A stretch of 64,000 bases of DNA from a virus (lineage: Duplodnaviria; Heunggongvirae; Uroviricota; Caudoviricetes): the IMG/VR virus record IMGVR_UViG_3300031920_000341, positions 144,267 through 208,266 of that record; one strand, 5' to 3'. The position numbers and the translations under genes were made by a program. Position 1 is the stretch's first letter. Each line of letters begins with the position of its first letter. The notes under the pieces are model-generated. The model did no database searches and was not told the origin of the DNA. It was given only the letters and a program-made list of their open reading frames with translations. Below, in pieces: positions 11,019 through 21,900 of the stretch.

Positions 11019-11813
11019 ATGTCAGACAATGGTGGTAATTTAAAATCAGAACTTGATAACCTGATTGGTAACATGAATAGTGTATTATCAGATGGCGGTA
11101 ACGATCATTTTGATAAAGGTAACAGGAATCTTGATCGTATTAAGACCAGGATGAAAGATATACCCGATTTTGAGGACATTGATAAACAACTTAAGAATAA
11201 ATCGCTTAATGTTGTTAATGCTTTATTTGATTTTTACAATAAATATAATGGTGTAAACAAGAAGGATAAGTTTTACATGCATAGAATGTCATTAGATGCA
11301 TTAAACTTTTCTAATATATTTTATCAAATAAAGACAATTAAGTTAGCAATCAATCTTATCATGGAAGATATGTATATCAGTGGCGTGGATGCAAAATTAG
11401 CAACAGCATTAGCTTCATTGCAAGATAAATTAAGCGAAGCGATTAAAGCACAGGCAAACTTTGTATTATTCATTGAAGATCAATATAAGATTATGGTATT
11501 AGAAGGCGAATCCGAAAAAGAAAAATTACTTATTCAAACAGAACCTGGAGCAATAGCTCAGATAACAGAAGGAACCCAAACACAAACCCAAACACATATA
11601 TCAAAAAATAGTGCATATTTCTTAGCAACCAATACAAAAGATGTAATTAAGCAAATACGAAAAAATGAAGGTGTAGTTCCAATAAAAAGCGATGAACCAA
11701 GTCCACTAACTGATCCTAACAATAAAATAGAGTTGATGAAAGAACTTGATTTTGAGTTAGATGAAGATGAAAAATATGCTACAGACTATGATGGTCTGAT
11801 GGAAATAATCTAA
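11019..11813 (+). CDS. hypothetical protein (terminase small subunit suspected by position only)
   Basis: 264-aa ORF immediately upstream of the terminase large subunit; no recognisable motif. Confidence 0.25.
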   Translation: MSDNGGNLKSELDNLIGNMNSVLSDGGNDHFDKGNRNLDRIKTRMKDIPDFEDIDKQLKNKSLNVVNALFDFYNKYNGVNKKDKFYMHRMSLDALNFSNIFYQIKTIKLAINLIMEDMYISGVDAKLATALASLQDKLSEAIKAQANFVLFIEDQYKIMVLEGESEKEKLLIQTEPGAIAQITEGTQTQTQTHISKNSAYFLATNTKDVIKQIRKNEGVVPIKSDEPSPLTDPNNKIELMKELDFELDEDEKYATDYDGLMEII

Positions 11814-11817
11814 ATTT

Positions 11818-13725
11818 ATGCCAAAAGGAACTTTCGGTGGACGATTCGTAAATGTAAAAACTTCAGCTTTAGCACAAGATGATAATTTCAAGACTTCATC
11901 TGCAACAATATGGAGTACTGAACGTGTAGATAAATTGATTAATGATTATCATGATGGTTTAATTGATATAAAGGGTTCTAAAAATTCGCCATTCTTTTCT
12001 AACGATATACAATTAAGACGTTCTGGTATAACATTCGAATATACACAGGATGAGATGGAAGAACTCAGACGTTGTGCAGAAGATGTTGTATACTTCACTC
12101 AAAAATATGTTTATGTGCTTACTGATGAAGGTCGTGTTAAAATGGAACAACTTCGACCATATCAAAAAGAAATATTACTTGCATTTGTAAAGAACGATAG
12201 GAATATATTAATGGCGGCAAGGCAGATGGGTAAAACAGTAACATCTGCCATATTTATTGTATGGTATTTAATATTTAATTATGATAAGAATGCACTTGTG
12301 GTTGCGGATATTGCAGATACAACAAAAGAAGTAATTGATAAAGTAAAGGAAATTATAAATTACTTACCGTTTTATTTAAAACCAGGTATAAAGGTTAACA
12401 ACGTTAACAGTATGAGGTTTGATAACGGTTCAAGACTTATTGGTAGAAGTACTACAAAGAAAACAGGTATTGGATTTGCTATTAATCTATTATACATGGA
12501 TGAGTTTGCACACATTAATGCAGCATACTTAAAATATTTCTATCGATCGGTATATCCTACAGTAACATCATTTAAGGACTCAAAAGTAATAATAACGTCC
12601 ACACCAAATGGATTGAATATGTTTCATAATCTGTGGGTTGCAGCACTTGAGGGTCAAAGTTCCTATGTGCCATTGAGAGTTGATTATTGGCAATTGCCTA
12701 ATAGAGATGAAGATTGGAAAAATAGAACTATTGCCGATTTAGGCGGATCCCTTGAGGACTTTAAACAAGAATTCGGATTACAATTCTATGCTTCTGATGA
12801 TTTAATACTTGATTCATTAGATTTACATAAGATATATGGAATGAAATCTAAATATGTACAGAAAAATACAAACTTACTATATATTGATGGTGTAAATTAT
12901 TCAAAGTTTTTAGAATTCCATCCTGATTTTCTCGCAAAACACTTTACTCCTGATATGGAAGATTTGAAATTAGATCAAAATCAATATATTCTTTCAATTG
13001 ATACAGCAGATGGGGTAGGTCTTGATTATTCTGTAATAAATATATTTAAAGTTGCGCCATTGCCGTTATATTATTTATTTAAGAATAGATTTTCTGTAAT
13101 AAAGGATAATGATATATTTTCATTAATACAAGTTGGTAAATTTAGAACAAACACAATAAATATAAATGAACTCGCTAATGTAACAAATGCTATTGCATAT
13201 CGTTTATTTAATCAGGATAATGTAAAAATCGTTCTTGAAATGAATCATAAAGGCGATTATATTCATGATAGGTTAAAACATCATGGCGAATATTATATGG
13301 GAATGTTAATATTTAGCAAACATAGCGATAATGCAAAATTATTTGAACCAGGTGTTAAAATTGGTTCAATAAAGAAGAAAAAAGCATATTGCGATAAATT
13401 TAAATATAATTTATCAGTAGATAGAATGATAATAACCGAATATAATACCGTGCAGGAACTTGGTGGCTTAGGTAGAACCAAAGATGGTAATGGAATAAGA
13501 ACTCAATTAGGAAAAGATGACCTTGCAATGACTACAATAAATGCAAGTTCATTTTTTGAATCGCCTCAGTTTAATGAAGTGTGTGAAATTGCATACGAAA
13601 ACATTACTGATAAAGAATATCTTAATATAGTTAAAAAGGAAATAATTGATTTTAATTTGGAACTTCAGAATAGAGATTCGGGCTTAAATAAGTCTATGAT
13701 TCAGGAACTTAACTCAATGAGTTAA
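11818..13725 (+). CDS. terL: terminase large subunit
   Basis: Walker A-like ARQMGKT, Walker B LLYMDEFAHI, ATPase motif III VIITSTPNG, and a C-terminal nuclease-like region with acidic residues (LSIDTADGVGLDYSVINIF). Confidence 0.8.
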   Translation: MPKGTFGGRFVNVKTSALAQDDNFKTSSATIWSTERVDKLINDYHDGLIDIKGSKNSPFFSNDIQLRRSGITFEYTQDEMEELRRCAEDVVYFTQKYVYVLTDEGRVKMEQLRPYQKEILLAFVKNDRNILMAARQMGKTVTSAIFIVWYLIFNYDKNALVVADIADTTKEVIDKVKEIINYLPFYLKPGIKVNNVNSMRFDNGSRLIGRSTTKKTGIGFAINLLYMDEFAHINAAYLKYFYRSVYPTVTSFKDSKVIITSTPNGLNMFHNLWVAALEGQSSYVPLRVDYWQLPNRDEDWKNRTIADLGGSLEDFKQEFGLQFYASDDLILDSLDLHKIYGMKSKYVQKNTNLLYIDGVNYSKFLEFHPDFLAKHFTPDMEDLKLDQNQYILSIDTADGVGLDYSVINIFKVAPLPLYYLFKNRFSVIKDNDIFSLIQVGKFRTNTININELANVTNAIAYRLFNQDNVKIVLEMNHKGDYIHDRLKHHGEYYMGMLIFSKHSDNAKLFEPGVKIGSIKKKKAYCDKFKYNLSVDRMIITEYNTVQELGGLGRTKDGNGIRTQLGKDDLAMTTINASSFFESPQFNEVCEIAYENITDKEYLNIVKKEIIDFNLELQNRDSGLNKSMIQELNSMS

Positions 13726-13729
13726 TATT

Positions 13730-13765
13730 TACTTTTCCGTATGCAATTTTTTTGCTATATTTGTA
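13730..13765 (+). promoter_or_regulatory. bipartite promoter-like element, copy 1 (TACTTTTCCGTATGC-N11-TATATTTGTA)
   Basis: One of 8 copies of a 36-bp element with fixed 11-nt spacer; the downstream half matches the Bacteroidota -7 box TAnnTTTG. Confidence 0.55.
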
Positions 13766-13785
13766 CTATATTTAAAAGTAAAAAA

Positions 13786-14304
13786 ATGGAAACTTTAATA
13801 AAAAAAAGGATATTAGTTGATACCTTTACTTCTGTATTTTTAAAATCAGTATTAATTGCTGATAAAGTAGTTGGAATTACAGTAGAGGAAGATTCAGTTA
13901 AATTTATTGCGGATGGATTTCCTGGCGAGATAAAAAAACAAGAAGGCTCAGGTATAATTTATTTTGAAGTAATATATAAGGATTCTACTATTATAATTTG
14001 TTCGGCCGTTGAATATGAAACGATAAGACCATTTTATATAAATGATTATTCTGAATATATGGATAGGTATGAAATACTTAAATATATAAAAAGACATAAG
14101 AGTGAAAACATTAAAGATTATTTTATGGACTTACTTGAAAAAATGATGGAACATTACAGACAAATTATGGACGATACAGAAGTCTTTGAAAAGATGAACA
14201 AAGCACTTAATATGAGTCCATGTATTGTTCGTTTACCGGAATGCGATAAACTTGTACACAAAATTGGTGATAAATTAACCATTACCACTTATTATATGAA
14301 TTAA
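13786..14304 (+). CDS. hypothetical protein (start moved to METLIKK...)
   Basis: The ORF track starts at 13741, but that ATG lies inside the conserved promoter-like element 13730-13765; the first ATG downstream of it is 13786. Confidence 0.4.
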   Translation: METLIKKRILVDTFTSVFLKSVLIADKVVGITVEEDSVKFIADGFPGEIKKQEGSGIIYFEVIYKDSTIIICSAVEYETIRPFYINDYSEYMDRYEILKYIKRHKSENIKDYFMDLLEKMMEHYRQIMDDTEVFEKMNKALNMSPCIVRLPECDKLVHKIGDKLTITTYYMN

Positions 14305-14320
14305 AAAAAATCAATTATGA

Positions 14321-14959
14321 ATGCAAAAATTAATTCTTCGTAAATCGAAATTTTTATGGTTACTGGATCCAGGACATGGTGGTATCATTAATGGACAGTA
14401 TCAAACAGCAGGAAAAAGAGGTCCAGTTTGGCCAGATGGTCGACAATTATTTGAAGGCGAATTTAATCGTGAAATTGTTAAATTACTTGTTGAGAAATTA
14501 CAAAAAGCTGAAATAGATTTTATAAATCTAGTTCATACTGAACGTGATGTAGCATTAAAGACACGAACAAGAAAAGCCAATGAAATATATAAAACTGACA
14601 GAAGAGCAGTATATCTTTCAATTCATGGTAATGCCGGAGGTGGAACTGGATGGGAAGTTTGGACATCAAAAGGACAGACTAGATCTGATCTTTTGGCTAC
14701 TCGTTTCTTCAAAATAATGAATGATATGTTTCCTAACATGAGATTTAGGGCAGATAATAGTGATGGTGATCCCGATAAGGAAGCTAACTATTGGGTATTG
14801 AGAAAAACACATATGCCAGCTGTGCTGACAGAAAACTTTTTCATGGATACACTTAATCCCGATTGTGAAATTATGATGAGCAAAAAAGGGCAAGAAGCAA
14901 TAGCTGAGGCACATTTTTTAGCAATCATGAATATCGAGACATATGGTATAAATTTTTAA
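14321..14959 (+). CDS. N-acetylmuramoyl-L-alanine amidase (Amidase_3 family endolysin)
   Basis: LLDPGHGG...LSIHGNAGGG...AVLTENFFMD match the zinc-amidase (CwlV/AmiC-like) signature. Confidence 0.85.
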   Translation: MQKLILRKSKFLWLLDPGHGGIINGQYQTAGKRGPVWPDGRQLFEGEFNREIVKLLVEKLQKAEIDFINLVHTERDVALKTRTRKANEIYKTDRRAVYLSIHGNAGGGTGWEVWTSKGQTRSDLLATRFFKIMNDMFPNMRFRADNSDGDPDKEANYWVLRKTHMPAVLTENFFMDTLNPDCEIMMSKKGQEAIAEAHFLAIMNIETYGINF

Positions 14960-14969
14960 TTTTTAATGA

Positions 14970-15608
14970 ATGGATAAACAAGATATTTCGCTAAATATAA
15001 ATGATACAATTCAAGAATTAGCAATCAATTTCCAGAGAAAGGGCGAAAACTGGGAACGCGATTTAAATGAATTGTGCGTAATTTTAATGCCAAAATTACA
15101 ATATTTTATTTGGCGCTACATAAAAGATGAACATACAATTAATGATATTGTGAGTGATACGCTTTTAAAAATGATAAGTAAAATAGATACTTTCAATTAT
15201 TCTTTTAGATTCACAACATGGATATATCGTATTGCAACCAATTTAGCACTTGGCCATATCGATAAAACCAATAAGATAACTGAAATTGATATATCAACAG
15301 TTACAGATAGTATATACAACGAACCTAATTATACATTAGAGAACAATAAATTTGATTTTGATAAGTTGTATCAACTTACTATCGAAGCAATATTTAAAAT
15401 GCCAAATGATATTAATAAAAGTATCATAATCGAGAAGCATATTAATGATCTTAAAGGTTCTGAAATTGCTAATAAATTTGGTATAAATGAAAATACAGTT
15501 AAAACAAAACTTAGAGCGATGCGAAAACGTATACGCACTTATATTAAAGAAAATGATGCTGAACTTTACGGCAAAGTAAAGGAAATATTATACAAAAAAA
15601 TCGACTAA
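14970..15608 (+). CDS. RNA polymerase sigma factor, sigma-70/ECF-like
   Basis: Region 2-like FRFTTWIYRIATNLALGHIDK and region 4 HTH GSEIANKFGINENTVKTKLRAMRKRIRTYI. Confidence 0.75.
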   Translation: MDKQDISLNINDTIQELAINFQRKGENWERDLNELCVILMPKLQYFIWRYIKDEHTINDIVSDTLLKMISKIDTFNYSFRFTTWIYRIATNLALGHIDKTNKITEIDISTVTDSIYNEPNYTLENNKFDFDKLYQLTIEAIFKMPNDINKSIIIEKHINDLKGSEIANKFGINENTVKTKLRAMRKRIRTYIKENDAELYGKVKEILYKKID

Positions 15609-15609
15609 C

Positions 15610-16080
15610 GTGTTTTTAAACCCGATTACAATATTTAAAAAAACAAAAAGAATATTCAAAGAAATTTCATTATATTTTTTCTACAAGGAACAGAAACAAT
15701 TAATGGGTAAAAATGGTGATCTTTCTTTATATAATCTATTTAAGGATTATCTAGGTAATCTTTATATGGTTGTTAATCTTCAACCTGAGCTTAAGCTATA
15801 CAATAACGATGCAGACCTTGAGCGAGAAGAAAAAAAATATGTAGCAAACGAGGTATCAAAATTATTACCTATGTTTGAAAAATATGATACATATGAATTA
15901 ATTAGAATGAAACGTAAAAGATTTGATAGTGGTTTAAAATATGGCTATGGCATTGTTATCAAATATTTTTGGAAAGAAGTTGGTTTTTGGTGGTTACTAT
16001 GGTTAGCCATGTTTTATTCAGGACTTGGTTATGGTATCTATTACTTAATTACAACATATTTACTTAATCCTACATTATAA
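15610..16080 (+). CDS. membrane protein (holin candidate)
   Basis: C-terminal hydrophobic helices FWWLLWLAMFYSGLGYGIYYLITTYLL; located next to the endolysin region. Confidence 0.25.
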   Translation: MFLNPITIFKKTKRIFKEISLYFFYKEQKQLMGKNGDLSLYNLFKDYLGNLYMVVNLQPELKLYNNDADLEREEKKYVANEVSKLLPMFEKYDTYELIRMKRKRFDSGLKYGYGIVIKYFWKEVGFWWLLWLAMFYSGLGYGIYYLITTYLLNPTL

Positions 16081-16142
16081 GAGATTTGCATAAACCTATA
16101 TTGTTATTGTAGATAAATAAAATAGAAAAACAGTATAGTTTA

Positions 16143-16676
16143 ATGGCAACAGTAAATAATGTATGTGATTCCGCTAATGGTATTAAGAAATTAATAATGC
16201 TCGATGGGTGTTTCTCTATTCAATATAGGGAGAAAATACTTGCCGAGCTTTGTTGTTTAGACCTTTTGGCATATCCCTTAGATGGATTTGAAAGAAAATC
16301 AGAAAAGATAAATGCTGATTCTTCTATAATTATATTTGATAATGACTTTGATTTAAGTCCAACAGTTATTAATGATTATGTATATTCTGGTGCTATAATA
16401 TATGTACATTATCCAACATATACTACTGCTGGCGATTTAATCGATGATGCAAATAAAAATGTTATTATACGATTGGGTGATAGAACAACTACATTTGATA
16501 TACCAATTTATAATTTTTATTCACATTTATCTAATCCAATTACAAACGATAATTCAAAGTGGCTTAATAGTTTACAAATAATAAATCAAAATGGTTTTTA
16601 TGTTAATGTTGAGATACTTACTATAAAAATACCGAAAGATGGTGTTGATCTTACTGCAGCAGGTAGTGGGTGTTAA
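16143..16676 (+). CDS. hypothetical protein
   Basis: 177-aa ORF, same strand, tight spacing. Confidence 0.35.
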   Translation: MATVNNVCDSANGIKKLIMLDGCFSIQYREKILAELCCLDLLAYPLDGFERKSEKINADSSIIIFDNDFDLSPTVINDYVYSGAIIYVHYPTYTTAGDLIDDANKNVIIRLGDRTTTFDIPIYNFYSHLSNPITNDNSKWLNSLQIINQNGFYVNVEILTIKIPKDGVDLTAAGSGC

Positions 16677-16691
16677 AAAAATTTTTAAATA

Positions 16692-17087
16692 ATGAGCATT
16701 ACTAACAGTGCAACAAGAGCTATAGAAATAGTAAGAGATGTAGAATATAAACCAGAATGGATTTATGCAAATAGAACATTAGGAGCTGAGGTAGGAGCAA
16801 CAGCAAATGGTGCAGGGATGTATGATAAAGCTCCAATATATGCAATTCATGTTGTTGCTAATGGTTTGACAGCAGGAACACATTTTATTAGAATGTGGTT
16901 TTATGATCAAAGTGATGATAATTATGTTGATATGGATTCAGGTGGTTTTCTAGTTGGACACATATACCCAATATACTTACGCAAATTTACTATCGTGAAC
17001 GCGTCAGGGACGCCTGTAACGGACCAGGATGCTAATTATAGCATGATAGGTTATCAAGCCAAAAATATGCCTTACGAGCTAACATAA
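16692..17087 (+). CDS. hypothetical protein
   Basis: 131-aa ORF. Confidence 0.35.
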   Translation: MSITNSATRAIEIVRDVEYKPEWIYANRTLGAEVGATANGAGMYDKAPIYAIHVVANGLTAGTHFIRMWFYDQSDDNYVDMDSGGFLVGHIYPIYLRKFTIVNASGTPVTDQDANYSMIGYQAKNMPYELT

Positions 17088-17551
17088 TGCCAATCAGAAG
17101 ACCCATAGAAACTTTTAGAAACTTCCATCACCATTTACCTTACACTGGTAGGAACGATTACTTTGGATCTATTAATTCGAGTCCAGGGATGGGCGATGCA
17201 TTTTCAATACGACAACTTTCGCTTAAAGATGCCGCGCCCCCTGCAATAATGACAATGGATGAGTTTGATGTATTAGCTTATAATATTAGAACAAGTCTTG
17301 TTAAGGGTGAACGAATTAAAGCCGTACCAGTTACAGATAGAGAAGGTTCTGCAGTAAGCGGTAGAGTTTATGAAATAAAAATAGATTACGGCAAAAAGAA
17401 TATTCGTATATCCATGAGAACCGATGATATGAAAATAATTGAGATATATCCTGAAACAATATATCGTATTGATAGGGATACATTTGAAAATTTAAATTAT
17501 GTTCCAACCATAAATGAAACAGCAAATTATATAAAAAACATTAAATCGTAA
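17087..17551 (+). CDS. hypothetical protein
   Basis: 154-aa ORF, TAATG overlap with upstream gene. Confidence 0.35.
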   Translation: MPIRRPIETFRNFHHHLPYTGRNDYFGSINSSPGMGDAFSIRQLSLKDAAPPAIMTMDEFDVLAYNIRTSLVKGERIKAVPVTDREGSAVSGRVYEIKIDYGKKNIRISMRTDDMKIIEIYPETIYRIDRDTFENLNYVPTINETANYIKNIKS

Positions 17552-17597
17552 AACCTTTGTATATTTTTTCATAAAATATAAAAATAATACATTTATT

Positions 17598-18638
17598 ATG
17601 CCTAAAGATTTAATTCCTGCAGAGGAAGCAGGAAAGATTTTAGCTGAAAAGGAAGCTAATAATCAAGAAAATTTTCCAGATAAATCATCAAATAAACTTC
17701 CAACTGTGGAAGAATTACATGAGAAAGCTTTAAAGAATAGGGTTGACAAAGATAATAAGCTTAAACCACAAGAAACATCTGAAATACATGGTACTGCAGA
17801 TAATATGTGGAAAGGTATTGTAGTTGATCAAATGCCAACAAAAGGATTATTCTATCCTGATGATATACAAATAACAATTAGACCAGCAATGGTTGAAGAA
17901 ATTCGACATTGGTCGACAATGGATGAATTTGATCCAGTAAGTATTAATGAAAAGATTAATATGATTGTTGAGAAATGTGTTAGAATGCAGGACAATCAAC
18001 GATTAACACATGATTGGAGAGAAATTAAAGAGGTTGATAGACTTTGGCTTGTTATCAGAGTTTATGAATTATCATTCCCAAATAAAGAAAATGTACTTTA
18101 TCTTAAATTTGGTTGTAATCTTCAATGTAAAGGTGATGGTGATTATAAAGAAGATGTACCATTAACAAGTGATATGTTAAATATGTTTGAAGTTCCAGAA
18201 GAAGTAATGCAATATTATGATCCAGCAAGAAAATGTTTTATTGCACATTCTGATAAATTAAATAAGGATATAAAGTTTTATATGCCTTCAATTGGTGTAT
18301 CTCAACATATAAAAAACATAATACAAGAAGGAAGAACCAATAATAAACATGTTGATATTTCTTTTGCTAAAATTGCACCTTATTTATTTAATAAGTTTGC
18401 TGATATTAAAGAAGCAGGAGCATATGAAGAAAAACGTGCCGAATCATATCGTTGGGAAAAGAATGAACTTCTTTTTATTAATGGTATAGCTGATAAATTA
18501 GAAGCTGCGATTAACTTGAACATCAAAAAAGAATGCCCGAAATGTGGCGTAATACTTGAGATGCCATTGTTTTTTCGTGGAGGGTTTACAATCAAGAATT
18601 TTTTCGCTGTTTCAACTGGATTTAATGACCTTATATGA
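17598..18638 (+). CDS. hypothetical tail-module protein
   Basis: 346 aa with CPKCG zinc-ribbon-like motif near the C-terminus. Immediately upstream of an out-of-frame overlapping ORF and of the tape measure gene. Confidence 0.4.
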   Translation: MPKDLIPAEEAGKILAEKEANNQENFPDKSSNKLPTVEELHEKALKNRVDKDNKLKPQETSEIHGTADNMWKGIVVDQMPTKGLFYPDDIQITIRPAMVEEIRHWSTMDEFDPVSINEKINMIVEKCVRMQDNQRLTHDWREIKEVDRLWLVIRVYELSFPNKENVLYLKFGCNLQCKGDGDYKEDVPLTSDMLNMFEVPEEVMQYYDPARKCFIAHSDKLNKDIKFYMPSIGVSQHIKNIIQEGRTNNKHVDISFAKIAPYLFNKFADIKEAGAYEEKRAESYRWEKNELLFINGIADKLEAAINLNIKKECPKCGVILEMPLFFRGGFTIKNFFAVSTGFNDLI

Positions 18639-18891
18639 TATAGAAGATACACTAGCCGAACGTAGACCGGGATTAACACGCGAAGATATTCTTAATATGC
18701 CATTTTATGAATTCACACTCAAGCTTAACATCATTAAAAAGAAAGATGAAGATCGTGAGAAAGAAGAAAACAAAGAAAAGGGCACAAGTTATGATAAGAA
18801 TACCTATAATCCTGAGAAAATGATGAAGCAACAAATGAAAACGGCAAATTATAAACCTAATATAAAGTTGCCAAATAATTTAAAGATGTAG
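18625..18891 (+). CDS. hypothetical protein (overlapping ORF, +1 frame relative to 17598-18638)
   Basis: ORF open from 18556 (TTG); first ATG at 18625 (MTLYDIEDTL...). Lys/Glu-rich. Followed by intrinsic terminator 18903-18931. Confidence 0.35.
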   Translation: MTLYDIEDTLAERRPGLTREDILNMPFYEFTLKLNIIKKKDEDREKEENKEKGTSYDKNTYNPEKMMKQQMKTANYKPNIKLPNNLKM

Positions 18892-18902
18892 TCGGATAAA
18901 TA

Positions 18903-18931
18903 AAAAGGAGAGCGTTTGTCTCTCCTTTTTA
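18903..18931 (+). terminator. intrinsic terminator upstream of tape measure gene
   Basis: AAAAGGAGAG-CGTTTGT-CTCTCCTTTTT. Confidence 0.75.
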
Positions 18932-18946
18932 AAATTATGTGCATAA

Positions 18947-21900
18947 ATGGCAGATTACAGCAAAGAATTATATAGTAAACTATCAAATATTGAGAATCTA
19001 ATGCTCAATTCTGTTAAGGTTTTGCTTGAGGAAAGCGAGAAACAAACCAATGCACTAATTTCAATAACAGATATATTAAGACAAACAAATGAAAAACCAA
19101 CTGAACCTGATGCAACTAAGACATCAGAGGGTGCTGTTGGTTCATTAAAGAATTTATTTACTGATGCATTCACAGAAGGATTCAAAACTTTTGTAGATAT
19201 ACTTCCAGATTTTTTTAAGGGTATAAATGAATTTAGTTCAGCCGATACTGAAGAGTTTACTAAATTTATATCTGACATGAATAAAGCACTTACTTTAGAT
19301 GGTAAATATGATGATCCAAAAAAGATGGGTAAATTTTATAAAGCTGTTGGTGAAACATATGAATTACTCAGTACATCAATAGAAAATTTTTCTCGTGGTT
19401 TAATATTTTTTGCTAAAGCAGAGAAACTAAATGCACCGAAAAATTTTATTAAATTTACTGAAAAATTTTTCGATAAGAAATTTCTTAAAAAACTTGATCC
19501 AAAGAAAGCAAGAAAGGCAGGGTTGGCATATACAGCAATGGGTAATGGTATACTTAGATTTGCAATATCATTGGCTATATCTACGCCATTATTAATAATT
19601 GGATTACCAGCTTTGGCTATTGCATTACCAGTTATGATGGGACTTACTGCTTATTTTACTTGGTTGGGAAAATTTAATAAGGGTATAAAACGCGGTGCAC
19701 GTGCAATGAGAGATATGGGGATTGGAATGATGGCTTTTACTGCATCATTAGCTATGATGCGTTACGTACGTCCCGAGGACCTTGTATTAGCATTAGGAGT
19801 TATTGCCTTGTTTACTGTACTAGTTGGTGCAATAATGCTGCTAAATAAGTTTACTGGTGGTAAAATGAAAGACAGTGCAAAAATGATGATTGCCGCTGGT
19901 ATAGGTTTAGCAACATTTGCTGGTGCAATAATGTTAATGCAATTTATTCCAGAAGGATCTATTAGTACCTCATTTAAAGTAATTGGAATATTTGTTTTAT
20001 TTATGGGGGCAATGATGTTAATATCTAAACTCGGTAAAGGTAAAATGAAAGATAATGCTAAAGCATTATTAATGGCAACAGTATCTATAGGTATATTAGC
20101 TGGAGCTATTATGTTATATAAATTTGTTGATACAGAAGATCTGATAAAAGCAGGATTATCAATAACAGTATTGAGTTTAGTATTATTTGTATTAAGTAAA
20201 CAAAAAAATGTTAAAAAATCAGCAGCTGCTTTATTAATTACATCAATATCACTTGGTATACTTGCTTATACTATACAAATGTTTGAGGATGTAGAATATA
20301 GTCAAATTTTTAAAGCTGGTGTAGCATTAGCTGTAATAGGACTTGCCATGAGAACTATTGGAAAAGGTTCAACGAAAATCCTCAAAGGTACATTGGCATT
20401 AACTGCTGTTAGTGCATCATTATATGTTTTAGGTTTAAGTATTAGAGAATGGAAGAAACAAAATATTGGTTGGGAAGATATAGGTATAATTGGTGCAACA
20501 GTAGCTATGTTAGGTGTAATATATTTCATAGCTGGAAAAGCTTGGACTTCAATTCTTAAAGGATCATTAGCAATGGCAGCTGTTGGTGCTTCAATGTGGG
20601 TCATTGGTTGGGGAATTAGTGAATGGAAGAAACAAGGTTTAGAATGGGAAGATATAGCAATAATTGGTGCAACTGTTGTTGGTCTTGGTGTAGCATATGC
20701 AATAGCAGGACTAGCAATTGCTCCAATATTATTAGGATCATTAGCAATGACTGCCGTAGGAGCATCAATGTGGGTTATTGGCTGGGGAATTAGCAAATGG
20801 AAGAAACAAGGTTTAGAATGGGAAGATGTGGGTATAATCGGTGCAACAGTAGCTATGTTAGGTGTAGAATATGCGATAGCAGGATTAGCAATTGTTCCAA
20901 TAGCATTAGGTGCATTGGCAATGGCAGCAATAGGCGTATCAATGTGGGTACTTGGTTGGGGAATTAATAAATGGAACTCACATGAATTAGATATGGAAGA
21001 TGTAGGTGTAATTGGCGCAACAGTAGCTATGCTAGGTGTAGAATATGCGATAGCAGGATTAGCAATTATTCCAATAGCGGCTGGAGCAGTAGCAATGGCA
21101 CTTGCTGGAGCATCATTGTGGGTTGTTGGTTGGGGATTAGGTAAATTTCTTGAAGCAGCCGGAGGTTGGGACGAAGATGATAGTAAGAGTTTAGAATTAG
21201 CAATGCTTAGTATAAAAGCCGCATTTGGCGGTGGAGGTGGTTTATTATCATCATTATGGGCAACAGCTACTGGTGTTGTTGATACAGTTGCAATTGCAGC
21301 AAATGCAGCAGGTATTTTAATAGGCGCTGCAACATTATATGAAGTATCTGATAGTTTAAAAGAAATTAAAACATTAAACTGGACAGAAGAAGATAGTTTA
21401 TCAATAGAAATGGCTGTTGCTACCTTAAAATCAGCATTTGGCGGAGGACAAAGTTTCCTTAAGAGTATGGGTAATTTTGTTAGTGGTGTTATTGATACAG
21501 GATCAGCAGCAACACAAATGAATACATTAGAAAGATCAGCTGAATCATTAGTAACAATAAAAGAAAGTTTAGAAAGAGCACGTGGATTAAACTGGACCGA
21601 AAAGGATAGTAAATCAGTAGAATTAGCTGTAGCTTCAGTTAAAGCTGTTTTCGGTGGTGGTAAAGGTATAACTGGTGCTATAGGTAATTTTATTGTTAGT
21701 AGTCTGGATAAAAAAACCGCTAAAAACGAATTTGAATCTTTAAGAGGTACTGGTGATGAAATAATGCAATTAGTTGAAATAATGGGTAGTATTCAGGATT
21801 TACAAAAAAGTAAATTTACAATTGAAGATTCACAAAGATACCTTACTGGTGTAGTAAAAGCATTCACTGGTCCATTTGATGGTGGAAAATTAAAAGCACG

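Noticed and set aside
13741-13785. ORF-track start codon at 13741 for the 187-aa protein
   Set aside because: That ATG sits inside the conserved 36-bp promoter-like element (13730-13765); first ATG downstream of the element is 13786
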